Positions 1-8,989 are shown, numbered from the stretch's first letter. The stretch is DNA of 64,000 nt from an uncultured Nitrospiraceae bacterium (GCA_963727775.1 CAVSHB010000003.1:314400-378399); one strand, 5' to 3'. A program made the numbers and translations. The notes: generated by a model not told the origin, from the letters alone.

Positions 1-812
1 ATACAGGCGCTGTGCCGGTATTTGTTGATGTTGAGCCGGACACATTGAATATAGACGTCAAACAGATAGAAGCACATATAACGAAAAAGACAAAGTCAAT
101 CTTGCCCGTACACCTCTTCGGCCATCCTGCGGATATGGAAAAGATTCTGGAGATAGCAAAGAAGTACAGGCTTAAAGTGATAGAGGATTGCGCGCAATCT
201 TTTGGAGCAGAGCTTAACGGCAGAAAAGCCGGTAGTTTCGGTGATGCCGGGTGCTTCAGTTTCTATCCGAGCAAAAACCTTGGCGGCTACGGTGACGGCG
301 GTATGATAACCCTTAACAACCCGAAAGTGGCCGAGAAGATCAGGGAGCTGAGAAACCATGGTTCGAGTGGCGCATACAGGCATAAACGGGTCGGCTTTAA
401 CAGCCGGCTGGACGAGATACAGGCAGGCATCCTGCTTGTAAAGTTTAAGCACATAGACGAATATAACAGTCAAAGAAGACGGAATGCGGCGCGTTACAAT
501 GCACTTCTCTCAGACAAGATAATTTGCCCCACTGAAAAAAAAGGCGCATATCATGTCTATCACCAGTACACAATCATGAGCAGGAAAAGGAATAAGATAC
601 AGCAGAGTCTCAGGGAAAAGGGCATTTCGTCGGTTGTTTATTATCCGGTTCCTCTCCACCTGCAAGGGGCACTGAAATTCTTAGGCTATAAAAAAGGGGA
701 TTTTCCGGTTGCCGAGAAGGCTGCCAGGGAAGTGCTTTCGCTGCCGATGTATCCTGAGCTTGAAGAGCCGACAATAATAAAGATAGCAAAGATTATTAAG
801 GGTATTGTTTAA
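1..812 (+). CDS. DegT/DnrJ/EryC1/StrS-family PLP-dependent sugar aminotransferase, 5-prime end outside window
   Basis: ORF 12..812 stays open to the window edge; family-typical C-terminal half (PVFVDVEPDT, EDCAQSFGA, FSFYPSKNLG, RNHG, FNSRLDEIQA). Confidence 0.85.
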   Translation, partial: TGAVPVFVDVEPDTLNIDVKQIEAHITKKTKSILPVHLFGHPADMEKILEIAKKYRLKVIEDCAQSFGAELNGRKAGSFGDAGCFSFYPSKNLGGYGDGGMITLNNPKVAEKIRELRNHGSSGAYRHKRVGFNSRLDEIQAGILLVKFKHIDEYNSQRRRNAARYNALLSDKIICPTEKKGAYHVYHQYTIMSRKRNKIQQSLREKGISSVVYYPVPLHLQGALKFLGYKKGDFPVAEKAAREVLSLPMYPELEEPTIIKIAKIIKGIV

Positions 813-827
813 TTTGGAATTCAGAAA

Positions 828-976
828 AGACAGGCATACACGCAGAAAAAACTTCACAATTCGCAATTCGGCATTTAATGAAATCTAATTGCTATTAGTG
901 AAAAACACAGGTAGTTGATAATCGGATGTCTTACAACGGTAGCGAAGTAAAGTTTTTTCTGCGTATATGCCCGTCT
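828..976. repeat. long inverted repeat, 27-nt arms (828-854 / 950-976) around a 95-nt spacer
   Basis: AGACAGGCATACACGCAGAAAAAACTT pairs with AAGTTTTTTCTGCGTATATGCCCGTCT at 25/27 positions; both mismatches become G-U on the minus strand. Confidence 0.6.
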
Positions 977-1095
977 CATGACCAAAAAAATGCATTGAAC
1001 AATGTCCGCATTATTTGGGATAAACCGGGAACGGAAATTCACAACATCTGTATTATCGGCATTATACTAATTGTGTTAATCCGATCCCAATTAAA

Positions 1096-2310
1096 ATGAT
1101 GAAATCCAGCAAGATAGCTACTATTATGATAGTCTCGGGTGAAAGCTCAGGTGAATTGTATGGTTCGCTTCTTGCAAAAACGCTGAAAATCAAATGGCCT
1201 GATGTACGCATCATGGGTGTCGGGGGTGACAGGATGCAAATGGCAGGTGTAGAGCTTGTCTCGCGCACATCGGATGCATTTGGCATTGTGGAGGCTGTTT
1301 CGGCGTACAAAAAGATAAAAACCGCATTTGATAAAACAGTTGGAGCTATCAAGAAGTTTATACCGGATGTCCTTGTCCTTATCGATTATCCCGATTTTAA
1401 TCTAAAGGTTGCAGAGGTGGCTAAATCCCTCGGCATAAAAATTTTATATTATGTAAGCCCGCAGGTATGGGCATGGCGCAAAGGCAGGGTTAAGAAGATA
1501 GCGGGTATTGTAGACAGGATGGCTGTTATTCTGCCTTTCGAAGCGGAAATATACAGAAAAGCGGGTGTTTCGTCTGAATTTGTAGGGCATCCTATACTCG
1601 AAGAGATCGAGTCCGTCTTACGCTCAGAAATCGGGAAATTACCCTTTTCCGATCCTGCCCTTACTATAACGCCTGAACTCCGATCTCACTTTAAATCCAT
1701 TCTCGGCTTCAATGCAGAGAAACCTTTACTGTCCCTTCTCCCCGGAAGCAGGCCGAGTGAATTGAGCAGGTTATTGCCATTAATGACGACTGTTGTCAGG
1801 CTGTTCAAAAGCAGATTTACAGATTATCAATTTTGCGTCCCGTTGTCCCCGAATACCGACGAAAACAAGTACCGCTCCTCTCTTGAAGCCCTTAGAAAAG
1901 ACGGCGTTTCCATTAAAAAAGGGGAATCCGTAAGGGCATTGGCAGCATCTGATATGGCAGTGGTAGCTTCAGGCACGGCAACCCTCCAGACCGCTTTCCT
2001 CGAAGTTCCGATGGTGGTAGTCTATAAGCTTTCCCCTATAACCTATCTGCTCGGCAGAATGATCCTTGATGTAAAACATATATCATTGGTCAATATCCTT
2101 TCCGGCACAGAGGTCGTAAAAGAGCTGATCCAGGGAAAAGCTGATCCCGAACGGATAATTAAAGAACTGAATAGGATTATGGCTGATACGGAATACCGTG
2201 AAACAATGCTCGCTTATTACAGGTTGATCAAAGAACCTTTCCTGAATAAAAAAGCTTCGGACAGGGTTGCAGAAATAGTAATTGAAATGTCCGGAAATAA
2301 AGAAGAGTAA
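1096..2310 (+). CDS. lpxB: lipid-A-disaccharide synthase
   Basis: 404 aa; N-terminal IMIVSGESSGELYG and overall LpxB-like layout; sits in a lipid A cluster with waaA and lpxK. Confidence 0.9.
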   Translation: MMKSSKIATIMIVSGESSGELYGSLLAKTLKIKWPDVRIMGVGGDRMQMAGVELVSRTSDAFGIVEAVSAYKKIKTAFDKTVGAIKKFIPDVLVLIDYPDFNLKVAEVAKSLGIKILYYVSPQVWAWRKGRVKKIAGIVDRMAVILPFEAEIYRKAGVSSEFVGHPILEEIESVLRSEIGKLPFSDPALTITPELRSHFKSILGFNAEKPLLSLLPGSRPSELSRLLPLMTTVVRLFKSRFTDYQFCVPLSPNTDENKYRSSLEALRKDGVSIKKGESVRALAASDMAVVASGTATLQTAFLEVPMVVVYKLSPITYLLGRMILDVKHISLVNILSGTEVVKELIQGKADPERIIKELNRIMADTEYRETMLAYYRLIKEPFLNKKASDRVAEIVIEMSGNKEE

Positions 2311-2318
2311 ATTATACA

Positions 2319-3581
2319 ATGTATTTTCTTTATAGCCTCATATATATAGTCGTGCTGCTTTTTATATTTCCGTTCGAGTATTTAAAAAGACCAAAAGAGA
2401 TCAGAAAAAGATGGCTGAGGGAAAAATTCGGGCTTCTCGATTCACTGATTACACCCCGATATTCATCTTCCGTCTGGGTCCATGCCGTGTCGGTCGGAGA
2501 AGTGACGGCAGCGCTGCCATTGTTAAAAAATCTGAAGGAGCGGTATCCGGCAAAAGCTATTGTCTTTTCAACGATCACCGACTCCGGACAAAAGGTGGCA
2601 AGTGACAGAGCGCCTGAAGGCACAAAGATCGTTTACCTTCCATTTGATATTGCACCAATCATTCAATCTGTCCTTAGGAAAACAAAGCCGGAAATTCTCA
2701 TTATAATCGAGACGGAATTATGGCCGAATTTGATAAAAGTATTCAGAGAAAACACGATACCTGTAATACTGCTGAACGGAAGGATATCTGAAAATTCATT
2801 TAACGGGTATAAGAGAATATCTTTTTTTATGAAAAGGGTTCTTTCCTATATAGACTTTTTCGGTATGCAGGGCGAAGAATATGCTGAAAGGATTAAAGAA
2901 CTTGGTGTCCGGGGAGATAGGACCATGAATTTGGGAAATTTTAAATTTGATACGAGACCTACCGCGCAGATACCGGGATGGACAGGACACATAAAAGGCC
3001 CTGTTATCACAGCAGGAAGCACACATGAAGGAGAGGAAGAATTAATGGCCTCAATATACACCGAACTGAAAAAAGATTTTCCTGATCTGAATCTCATAAT
3101 CGCCCCCAGACATCCTGAGAGGTTTAAAGCGGTAGAAGATATGCTCTCGTCGAAAGGTCTGATTTTTATTAAACGTTCAGGCATCGGCGCAGAGTCTGCC
3201 GGGGTGAAAAGGGTAAACGGAGAAATAATTCTTCTCGATACCATCGGTGAGCTATCCGCTGTTTATGGCATATCCGATATTACAGTCATCGGCAAAAGCT
3301 TTATGGGCCGTGGAGGTCAGAATCCGTTGGAACCGGCGTATTGGGGAAAAACCATTGTGTGCGGCCCGCACATGGAGAACTTCCCGGTAATCAAGGACTT
3401 CTATAATGCAGGCGCGGCCTTTGAAGTAAATGAGGCAAAGCTTTATTCAAAACTGAGAGAACTTCTGGCTTCTCCTGAAAAAGCAAAAGAAGCGGGATCA
3501 AAGGCAAAGGAATTATACGGGAAAAATTCCGGCGCTGTCAAAAGGGCGATTGAGATCATCGGAAGATACATCTCTCAGTAG
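2319..3581 (+). CDS. waaA: 3-deoxy-D-manno-octulosonic acid (Kdo) transferase
   Basis: 420 aa; WVHAVSVGEV motif and N-terminal membrane anchor typical of WaaA/KdtA. Confidence 0.9.
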   Translation: MYFLYSLIYIVVLLFIFPFEYLKRPKEIRKRWLREKFGLLDSLITPRYSSSVWVHAVSVGEVTAALPLLKNLKERYPAKAIVFSTITDSGQKVASDRAPEGTKIVYLPFDIAPIIQSVLRKTKPEILIIIETELWPNLIKVFRENTIPVILLNGRISENSFNGYKRISFFMKRVLSYIDFFGMQGEEYAERIKELGVRGDRTMNLGNFKFDTRPTAQIPGWTGHIKGPVITAGSTHEGEEELMASIYTELKKDFPDLNLIIAPRHPERFKAVEDMLSSKGLIFIKRSGIGAESAGVKRVNGEIILLDTIGELSAVYGISDITVIGKSFMGRGGQNPLEPAYWGKTIVCGPHMENFPVIKDFYNAGAAFEVNEAKLYSKLRELLASPEKAKEAGSKAKELYGKNSGAVKRAIEIIGRYISQ

Positions 3582-3602
3582 CGAATTTTCTTAACCTGGA
3601 GA

Positions 3603-4529
3603 ATGCATTTGATGAAATACCTGATTATTCTTTCCTTACTCCTGCATGCCGTTTTTTTCCCGCATACCGCTCATGCCCGCTTAGAAGAAATTCGGACAAA
3701 TGATGCGGTAGTATCCTTTGACCATACTGCCGGGACCGCAGCCGCAATGCTTCTGGAGATATATCCGGGTATCAAATCTGACCTCGCTGCAACACTCGGG
3801 TGGAAAGTGGATTTCAGGCCTGAGATCCGTCTCATCAAAGACAGGGACACCATGAAAAGAACAGCCGGCAATGATCTGTCCGTTGCTCTTGCAATCCCTG
3901 ATCGCAATCTTATCCTTCTCGATACCTCACGGGTGTATGATAAGCCTTTTTCATTAAAGACAGCTCTCCGACATGAGGTATGTCATCTCCTTCTGCACCG
4001 CAATATCAGGAATGAGGACCTGCCAAGGTGGTTTGATGAAGGGGTCTGCCAGTGGGCGAGCGGAGGCATTGCCGAGATAATGACGGACAGCGGGGATGAT
4101 CTGCTTTCAAAGGCCGTTATATCCGGCAAGCTCATAAGCATCGATGAACTCAGCAGATTTCCGTCTGATCAATGGCCTCTCCTCCTTGCATATGAAGAGA
4201 GTAAAAGCCTCGTGGAATATATCGTAGAAAAATACGGGAAATCAGGAATGCTGCGGCTGCTCAAATTCTTGAAAGAAGGGCATTCAATGGAAGAATCCTT
4301 TAGGGAAGTACTCTCTGTTTCTCCTTATGAGCTTGAAATAAATTGGCGGGCTTCTCTTAAAACAAAATATACAAGGTTTTCTTATTTGAGCCGGAACCTA
4401 TATGAAATACTTTTTTCAGTCGCGGCGCTGCTCACTGTTTACGGCTTCTTCAGGATGCTGAAGAAAAAAAGGGAATATGTGGATAATGAAGAGGACGATG
4501 TGAGTAATGGCAAAACCGGCAGAGAGTAA
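3603..4529 (+). CDS. peptidase MA-like metalloprotein with signal peptide and C-terminal TM helix
   Basis: HEVCH (HExxH) followed by WFDEGVCQW; N-terminal signal-like and C-terminal hydrophobic segments. Confidence 0.6.
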   Translation: MHLMKYLIILSLLLHAVFFPHTAHARLEEIRTNDAVVSFDHTAGTAAAMLLEIYPGIKSDLAATLGWKVDFRPEIRLIKDRDTMKRTAGNDLSVALAIPDRNLILLDTSRVYDKPFSLKTALRHEVCHLLLHRNIRNEDLPRWFDEGVCQWASGGIAEIMTDSGDDLLSKAVISGKLISIDELSRFPSDQWPLLLAYEESKSLVEYIVEKYGKSGMLRLLKFLKEGHSMEESFREVLSVSPYELEINWRASLKTKYTRFSYLSRNLYEILFSVAALLTVYGFFRMLKKKREYVDNEEDDVSNGKTGRE

Positions 4530-4615
4530 AATTTATTCCTGGAAAAAAGTATAATGAAAGGGCCAAGAAAGTAGTTTTATAGTTTAGATGTGTTTAAAAG
4601 CGACCTTATCGGATT

Positions 4616-5056
4616 ATGAAATATCTCACAAAAATAAAGGACTTTGTAGTCAGATTCAGCAAGAAGGGGCTGTCCCCGCATGAGATTGCCGCCGGCATAG
4701 CACTCGGTAATTTCATCGGGTGTATTCCGGTAATGGGGACGCACACAATAATCGCTATTGGGTTTGCATATATCCTGAGGCTCAACACATTGGTTGTCCT
4801 GCTCGGCACACAGATATCAAATCCCTTATCCTACCCTTTTCAGCTTTTTGTCAGTGCTGAGGTCGGAAATCTTATACTGAAGGGTAGTTTTCTTGAGATC
4901 AAGGGTTCACGGGAGATAAGCTTTCTTATTAATCACTATTTAAGGCCAATTCTCGTGGGCAGTCTTGCGCTCGGGACTGTTATATCCGTACTTTCTTATA
5001 TTCTTGTAAAAGGTTTCCTCAACAGAAGGCAGCGCTTAAAACAGGAGGGTATCTGA
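4616..5056 (+). CDS. DUF2062-family membrane protein
   Basis: 146 aa; GLSPHEIAAGIALGNFIGCIPVMGTH and NPLSYP segments resemble DUF2062. Confidence 0.7.
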   Translation: MKYLTKIKDFVVRFSKKGLSPHEIAAGIALGNFIGCIPVMGTHTIIAIGFAYILRLNTLVVLLGTQISNPLSYPFQLFVSAEVGNLILKGSFLEIKGSREISFLINHYLRPILVGSLALGTVISVLSYILVKGFLNRRQRLKQEGI

Positions 5057-5080
5057 GGGAAGATACTAACCAAGGATAAT

Positions 5081-6091
5081 ATGACACCTCCTGAATTTCT
5101 CTATTATCTCGGCTATTCAATCAAAAAGCGCTATGTAACGGGGAACCTGCAGAGACTCCCGAACAAAGTTGTAAGCATAGGGAATATAACATGCGGCGGC
5201 ACCGGCAAGACGCCTGCGGCAATAGCCCTGGCAAATGAAGCGAAGAAAAGGGGCTTTCGCCCGTGTGTTTTAACAAGGGGATACAGGGGAAAAGCCAAGA
5301 GCCCCTGTTTCGTAAGCATGGGAGAAGGCCCGTTGCTGGATGAATATCAGGCAGGAGATGAGGCCTTGCTTTTAGCGGAAAAATTAAAGGGAATTCCCGT
5401 GGTAAAGGGAAAAAACCGTTATGAAGCGGGCATGTTCGCGCTCCGCTCCCTGCTCCCGGACCTCCGTCCCGACCTTTTTATACTCGATGACGGCTTCCAG
5501 CATTGGAGTCTTCACAGAGACAAGGACATTCTGCTTATAGATAGTCTAAGCCCGTTTGGAAACAGGAGGCTATTGCCTCTGGGCCCATTGAGAGAGCCCC
5601 TCGGCGCCTTAGACAGAGCGGACATTATCGTAATAACAAAAACTGACAAAGCAGTCATGCGGATGAATAAGGGTAACGGTTTGATTGAAGAAATAAAAAA
5701 GTATAATGCACGGGCCCCGATATTTTTTACTGCTCACAAACCTTCAGCATTCATAACGATGAAAGGCGATATATTCCCCATAGAATGGGCGCGCAATAAG
5801 AATTTCTTTGGGTTCTGCGGCATAGGGAATCCCCAATCGTTCAGGGATACCCTCTCATCTGCGGGAGTGAAGATAACCGGACTAAGGCATTTTAGAGACC
5901 ATTATCGATATAGTGCCGGTGATATTAAGGCGATAACAGGCAAGGCAAAAACCAAAGGGGCAGAGTGGATTGTTACAACAGAAAAAGATATAATGAGACT
6001 CAAAGGACTGGCAATGCCGCAGAATATTGTCGCACTGGCAATTGAATTTACAGCCGATGAAGAATTTTATAATGAAGCCTTTAACTCTTGA
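5081..6091 (+). CDS. lpxK: tetraacyldisaccharide 4-prime-kinase
   Basis: 336 aa; P-loop GNITCGGTGKTP and LpxK-like length. Confidence 0.9.
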   Translation: MTPPEFLYYLGYSIKKRYVTGNLQRLPNKVVSIGNITCGGTGKTPAAIALANEAKKRGFRPCVLTRGYRGKAKSPCFVSMGEGPLLDEYQAGDEALLLAEKLKGIPVVKGKNRYEAGMFALRSLLPDLRPDLFILDDGFQHWSLHRDKDILLIDSLSPFGNRRLLPLGPLREPLGALDRADIIVITKTDKAVMRMNKGNGLIEEIKKYNARAPIFFTAHKPSAFITMKGDIFPIEWARNKNFFGFCGIGNPQSFRDTLSSAGVKITGLRHFRDHYRYSAGDIKAITGKAKTKGAEWIVTTEKDIMRLKGLAMPQNIVALAIEFTADEEFYNEAFNS

Positions 6092-6121
6092 ACCGGGAAA
6101 TTTTCCTAATGTGGAGGTTTT

Positions 6122-6517
6122 ATGGTCAGGTATATAAATGTCAGGAGCAGATCACGGATCGAATTCATCGATATTACCGAGATAGTGCAGGATGTTGTAA
6201 AAGAGGCAGCAATCGAGAAAGGGGTTTGCTATTTATATGTTCCTCATACAACCGCCGGGATTACAATTAACGAAGGCGCAGACCCGAGCGTGCAGCGCGA
6301 CATACAGAATACACTGAGCAGGATCATACCACATGAGTTGAACTATGCCCATAGAGAAGGCAATGCCGATGCCCATATAAAATCAACCCTCGTCGGTACG
6401 TCCGTCAACGTGATTATCGACGAAGGCAAATTACTCCTGGGTACCTGGCAATCGATATTTTTCTGCGATTTTGACGGGCCAAGACACAGGAGAATAGCAA
6501 TCAAATTCATACAGTGA
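6122..6517 (+). CDS. yjbQ: YjbQ/UPF0047 family protein (secondary thiamine-phosphate synthase-like)
   Basis: 131 aa; VPHTTAGITINEGADPSV and HIKS motifs. Confidence 0.85.
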   Translation: MVRYINVRSRSRIEFIDITEIVQDVVKEAAIEKGVCYLYVPHTTAGITINEGADPSVQRDIQNTLSRIIPHELNYAHREGNADAHIKSTLVGTSVNVIIDEGKLLLGTWQSIFFCDFDGPRHRRIAIKFIQ

Positions 6518-7344
6518 TGCCGGAAACCGGCGGTGAAACTGAATCTCTCCGTAACGAGATACAAAGACTCAGGAAATCGCTCTCGGAGCTTACTCCTCCC
6601 TTAGAAGTACTTTTAAGGCGCAGGGGTTTCAGAATTTACAAAAAAGAACCTTCAGACGATCTTCTCCTGCCGGAAGAAAAATTTATCGGCGGCTTTTATG
6701 AAATGATGAAAAAATATTCTTTCCGCCTGTTTCTGCGCGATGTTATCAAACATCAGAAATTCTTCAGGCTTGAGGATGTCGCCAGGTATGCGACGGCAGA
6801 CGTTACGCATGACTACCTTGAATATATTAAAGACATCGGCCTTATTGAAAAAAAATCTGACGGCTTCAGACTTGCGATCAGCCCTATAAAGAGCTTCGGT
6901 GAAACACTCGAATGGTTTGTAACCGAGCTGTTCAGAATTGAATTTGCGGCAGAGGCGATATGGGGTATACGGTTCAAAAGGCCGCGGGTCGGGGGTGACT
7001 ACGACCTCATCGCCAAGACAGACGGTTCGATACTATACATGGAGATTAAATCTTCCCCTCCGAAACAGATATACCAAAACGAGATCTCGGCTTTTTTCGA
7101 CAGGGTATCAGACCTGCATCCTGAAATAAGTGTTTTTTTAATGGACACAGAACTAAGGATGAAGGACAAGATAGTGCCGATGTTTGAGGAAGAGCTCGGG
7201 AAAAGATACGATGATCACCCCAAAGCGGTCCGAATGGAGAAAGAACTTTTTCAAATATGGAACAAAATGTTTATTATAAATGCAAAGGACAGCATCACTG
7301 CAAATATCGAGAAGGTATTAGTTCGGTTTTTCAGGAACCAATAA
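6514..7344 (+). CDS. hypothetical protein with a central winged-helix-like region and a C-terminal PD-(D/E)xK-like motif
   Basis: 276 aa; start overlaps the yjbQ stop by 4 nt; GGDYDLIAKTDGSILYMEIKSS fits a D...ExK nuclease-fold signature. Confidence 0.55.
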   Translation: MMPETGGETESLRNEIQRLRKSLSELTPPLEVLLRRRGFRIYKKEPSDDLLLPEEKFIGGFYEMMKKYSFRLFLRDVIKHQKFFRLEDVARYATADVTHDYLEYIKDIGLIEKKSDGFRLAISPIKSFGETLEWFVTELFRIEFAAEAIWGIRFKRPRVGGDYDLIAKTDGSILYMEIKSSPPKQIYQNEISAFFDRVSDLHPEISVFLMDTELRMKDKIVPMFEEELGKRYDDHPKAVRMEKELFQIWNKMFIINAKDSITANIEKVLVRFFRNQ

Positions 7345-7620
7345 ATTGTATATTCCGGCCACCTATTCCGGTGCAAACTGTTCACCTCTATCAGGGGAAG
7401 CCTTGGCTTCGCCCCAAAATGTGCACTGAGGTTTTCTTCTCGAAGTCCGCAACATTGAAACCTGAGACTGCTGCTCTGGCTTAGGAGCCCATCAATCAGC
7501 GAGTATCTTTAATGTTAGTCGCTAAATCGAAATGGTCTTTTTATTTTCTTTTATTATCAATAGGTTATAATTTTATGCTTGCATTTTCCCGCAGAATCGA
7601 GTTTCATTTATAAAGGAAGG

Positions 7621-7658
7621 CCGCAAAAAGAAAGGCTGAAGAATTTCTTCTCCAGCCT
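7621..7658 (-). terminator. rho-independent terminator downstream of the 19-aa ORF
   Basis: minus strand reads AGGCTGGAGAAGAAATTCTTCAGCCT followed by TTCTTTTT. Confidence 0.5.
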
Positions 7659-7687
7659 AAAAAATGTGTGTGTGCATGTTAAAAAAA

Positions 7688-7747
7688 CTATTTCTTTTTT
7701 GCGGTCTTCTTTGCTGCCTTTTTTGCTGGAGCTTTCTTTGCTGGCAT
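7688..7747 (-). CDS. candidate 19-aa lysine/alanine-rich peptide MPAKKAPAKKAAKKTAKKK
   Basis: ATG about 8 nt downstream of AAGGAGGTG; own candidate promoter and terminator; below the ORF-track length cutoff. Confidence 0.4.
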   Translation of the reverse strand: MPAKKAPAKKAAKKTAKKK

Positions 7748-7807
7748 TATTTAATCACCTCCTTCCTTTACCTTTAAAGCGACGATAATAATTCTCCGCT
7801 TATATTA

Positions 7808-7836
7808 TTCATATATCATCTATTTCATTTTGTCAA
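7808..7836 (-). promoter_or_regulatory. candidate sigma-70 promoter for the 19-aa ORF
   Basis: minus strand TTGACA, 17 nt, TATGAA, about 60 nt upstream of the ATG. Confidence 0.35.
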
Positions 7837-7890
7837 TGGGAAAATCACTTTTTAGAACAATTGATGCATTTTTGTGAACGATAAATTGTT

Positions 7891-7903
7891 TTATGTGAAG
7901 TAA
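7891..7903 (+). repeat. isolated copy of the RIT-end half-site TTATGTGAAGTAA
   Basis: 13-nt identity to the inner part of the RIT left terminal repeat (27615-27627). Confidence 0.5.
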
Positions 7904-8022
7904 TCAAAAAGAGGTGTTTCTTGCTCAACTATTCAGAAGTCGCAGCTTGAGTGGAGGTGGAAAAGTCCGCAATGGTGTCGGGATTTTGATTCCTGCCTTA
8001 TATTCAAAAACTAACCTACTGG

Positions 8023-8055
8023 AAAAAAGTGCCTCCACATAGTAAGCAGAGGCAC
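8023..8055 (-). terminator. rho-independent terminator of the cupin gene
   Basis: minus strand GTGCCTC-13 nt-GAGGCAC followed by TTTTTT. Confidence 0.65.
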
Positions 8056-8086
8056 TCCCGATTTCGATAAGCTATTTTGCTTAGCT

Positions 8087-8428
8087 TTATACAGGAGGAG
8101 CAATTGTAACTATTACCCTCATATCATTTATTGCAAGAATGCCATGTGGCTCACGTATATCTGAAATCAAAACATCACCGGTATTAGCAGGCAGTGTTAA
8201 TCCATCCTTGCCTAAGAATTCTCCCTCTCCTTCAAGAACAGCAATGCTTAACTGTCCCTCTACATCGTGAGAATGAATTCCTAATTCCTGACCACTTTTG
8301 AAATTAAAGTTTATTACCCTGAAATATGGGGAATCATGAATTAGAAACTTTTGCATGCCTTTATCACTAAATCCACTTTCTTTGAATACTTCAATCCGTT
8401 TCATCATGGTCGTTTCTCCTTTTAGCAT
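8087..8428 (-). CDS. cupin domain protein
   Basis: 113 aa; GIHSHDVEGQLSIAVLEGEGEF and HGI motifs typical of small cupins. Confidence 0.75.
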   Translation of the reverse strand: MLKGETTMMKRIEVFKESGFSDKGMQKFLIHDSPYFRVINFNFKSGQELGIHSHDVEGQLSIAVLEGEGEFLGKDGLTLPANTGDVLISDIREPHGILAINDMRVIVTIAPPV

Positions 8429-8502
8429 ATGAGATTTTATTGTTTGATTTTTTTAAATGGTACACCATCAATTATAATTTGTTTTGGGTTATTATTTAAT
8501 AT

Positions 8503-8784
8503 ATGGACAAAGAACTAATACAAATATTGCCATTAGCATTCCTTATTGGATTAATCCCTGCCTTTATAGCCCGAAACAAAGGGAAAAACTTTTTCTTATG
8601 GTGGTTTTATGGTGCTATGTTTTTTATCGTGGCGTTGCCTCATTCATTATGGATTAAACCTGGCAATCAAGAGGTAGGACAAGAGCAGATGTCAGCGGGA
8701 ATGAAGAAATGTTTTTATTGTGCTGAACTTATAAAACGGGAAGCTAAAGTTTGTCAGTATTGTGGGAAATTGCTTCATGATTAA
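8503..8784 (+). CDS. small membrane protein with C-terminal zinc-ribbon
   Basis: two hydrophobic helices, then CFYC...CQYC. Confidence 0.6.
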   Translation: MDKELIQILPLAFLIGLIPAFIARNKGKNFFLWWFYGAMFFIVALPHSLWIKPGNQEVGQEQMSAGMKKCFYCAELIKREAKVCQYCGKLLHD

Positions 8785-8810
8785 AAAAGGAGTTTGGCTG
8801 AGCATACCCA

Positions 8811-8989
8811 ATGAATTTTCTATCATCCTTGAATACCTTCCCAGCGGAGAACCTCGGAACTTTTAAACAGCTTTATCCTGAAATACTCAGAGATCGCTTT
8901 CTCCCTTGTTGAAGCCAACACTGTGGCTTTTTTGTGCAGACGCAAGGTTTCCCCCGGAATCAAACGTTCTTCTGGCCGATGTCGAGTGA
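8811..8989 (+). pseudogene. decayed minimal nucleotidyltransferase (MNT-like) remnant
   Basis: two frames joined read LGTFKQLYPEILRDRF..LWLFCADARFPPESNVLLADVE, resembling LWLFGSxARGxxxxxSDVDLLV with catalytic residues lost and a frameshift near 8905. Confidence 0.3.

Noticed and set aside
7874-7903. dif-like Xer site (GTGAACGATAA-ATTGTT-TTATGTGAAGT)
   Set aside because: Only the ATAA/TTAT inner bases and the right arm resemble dif. The left arm shows no dyad symmetry or consensus, so the RIT half-site explanation is simpler.
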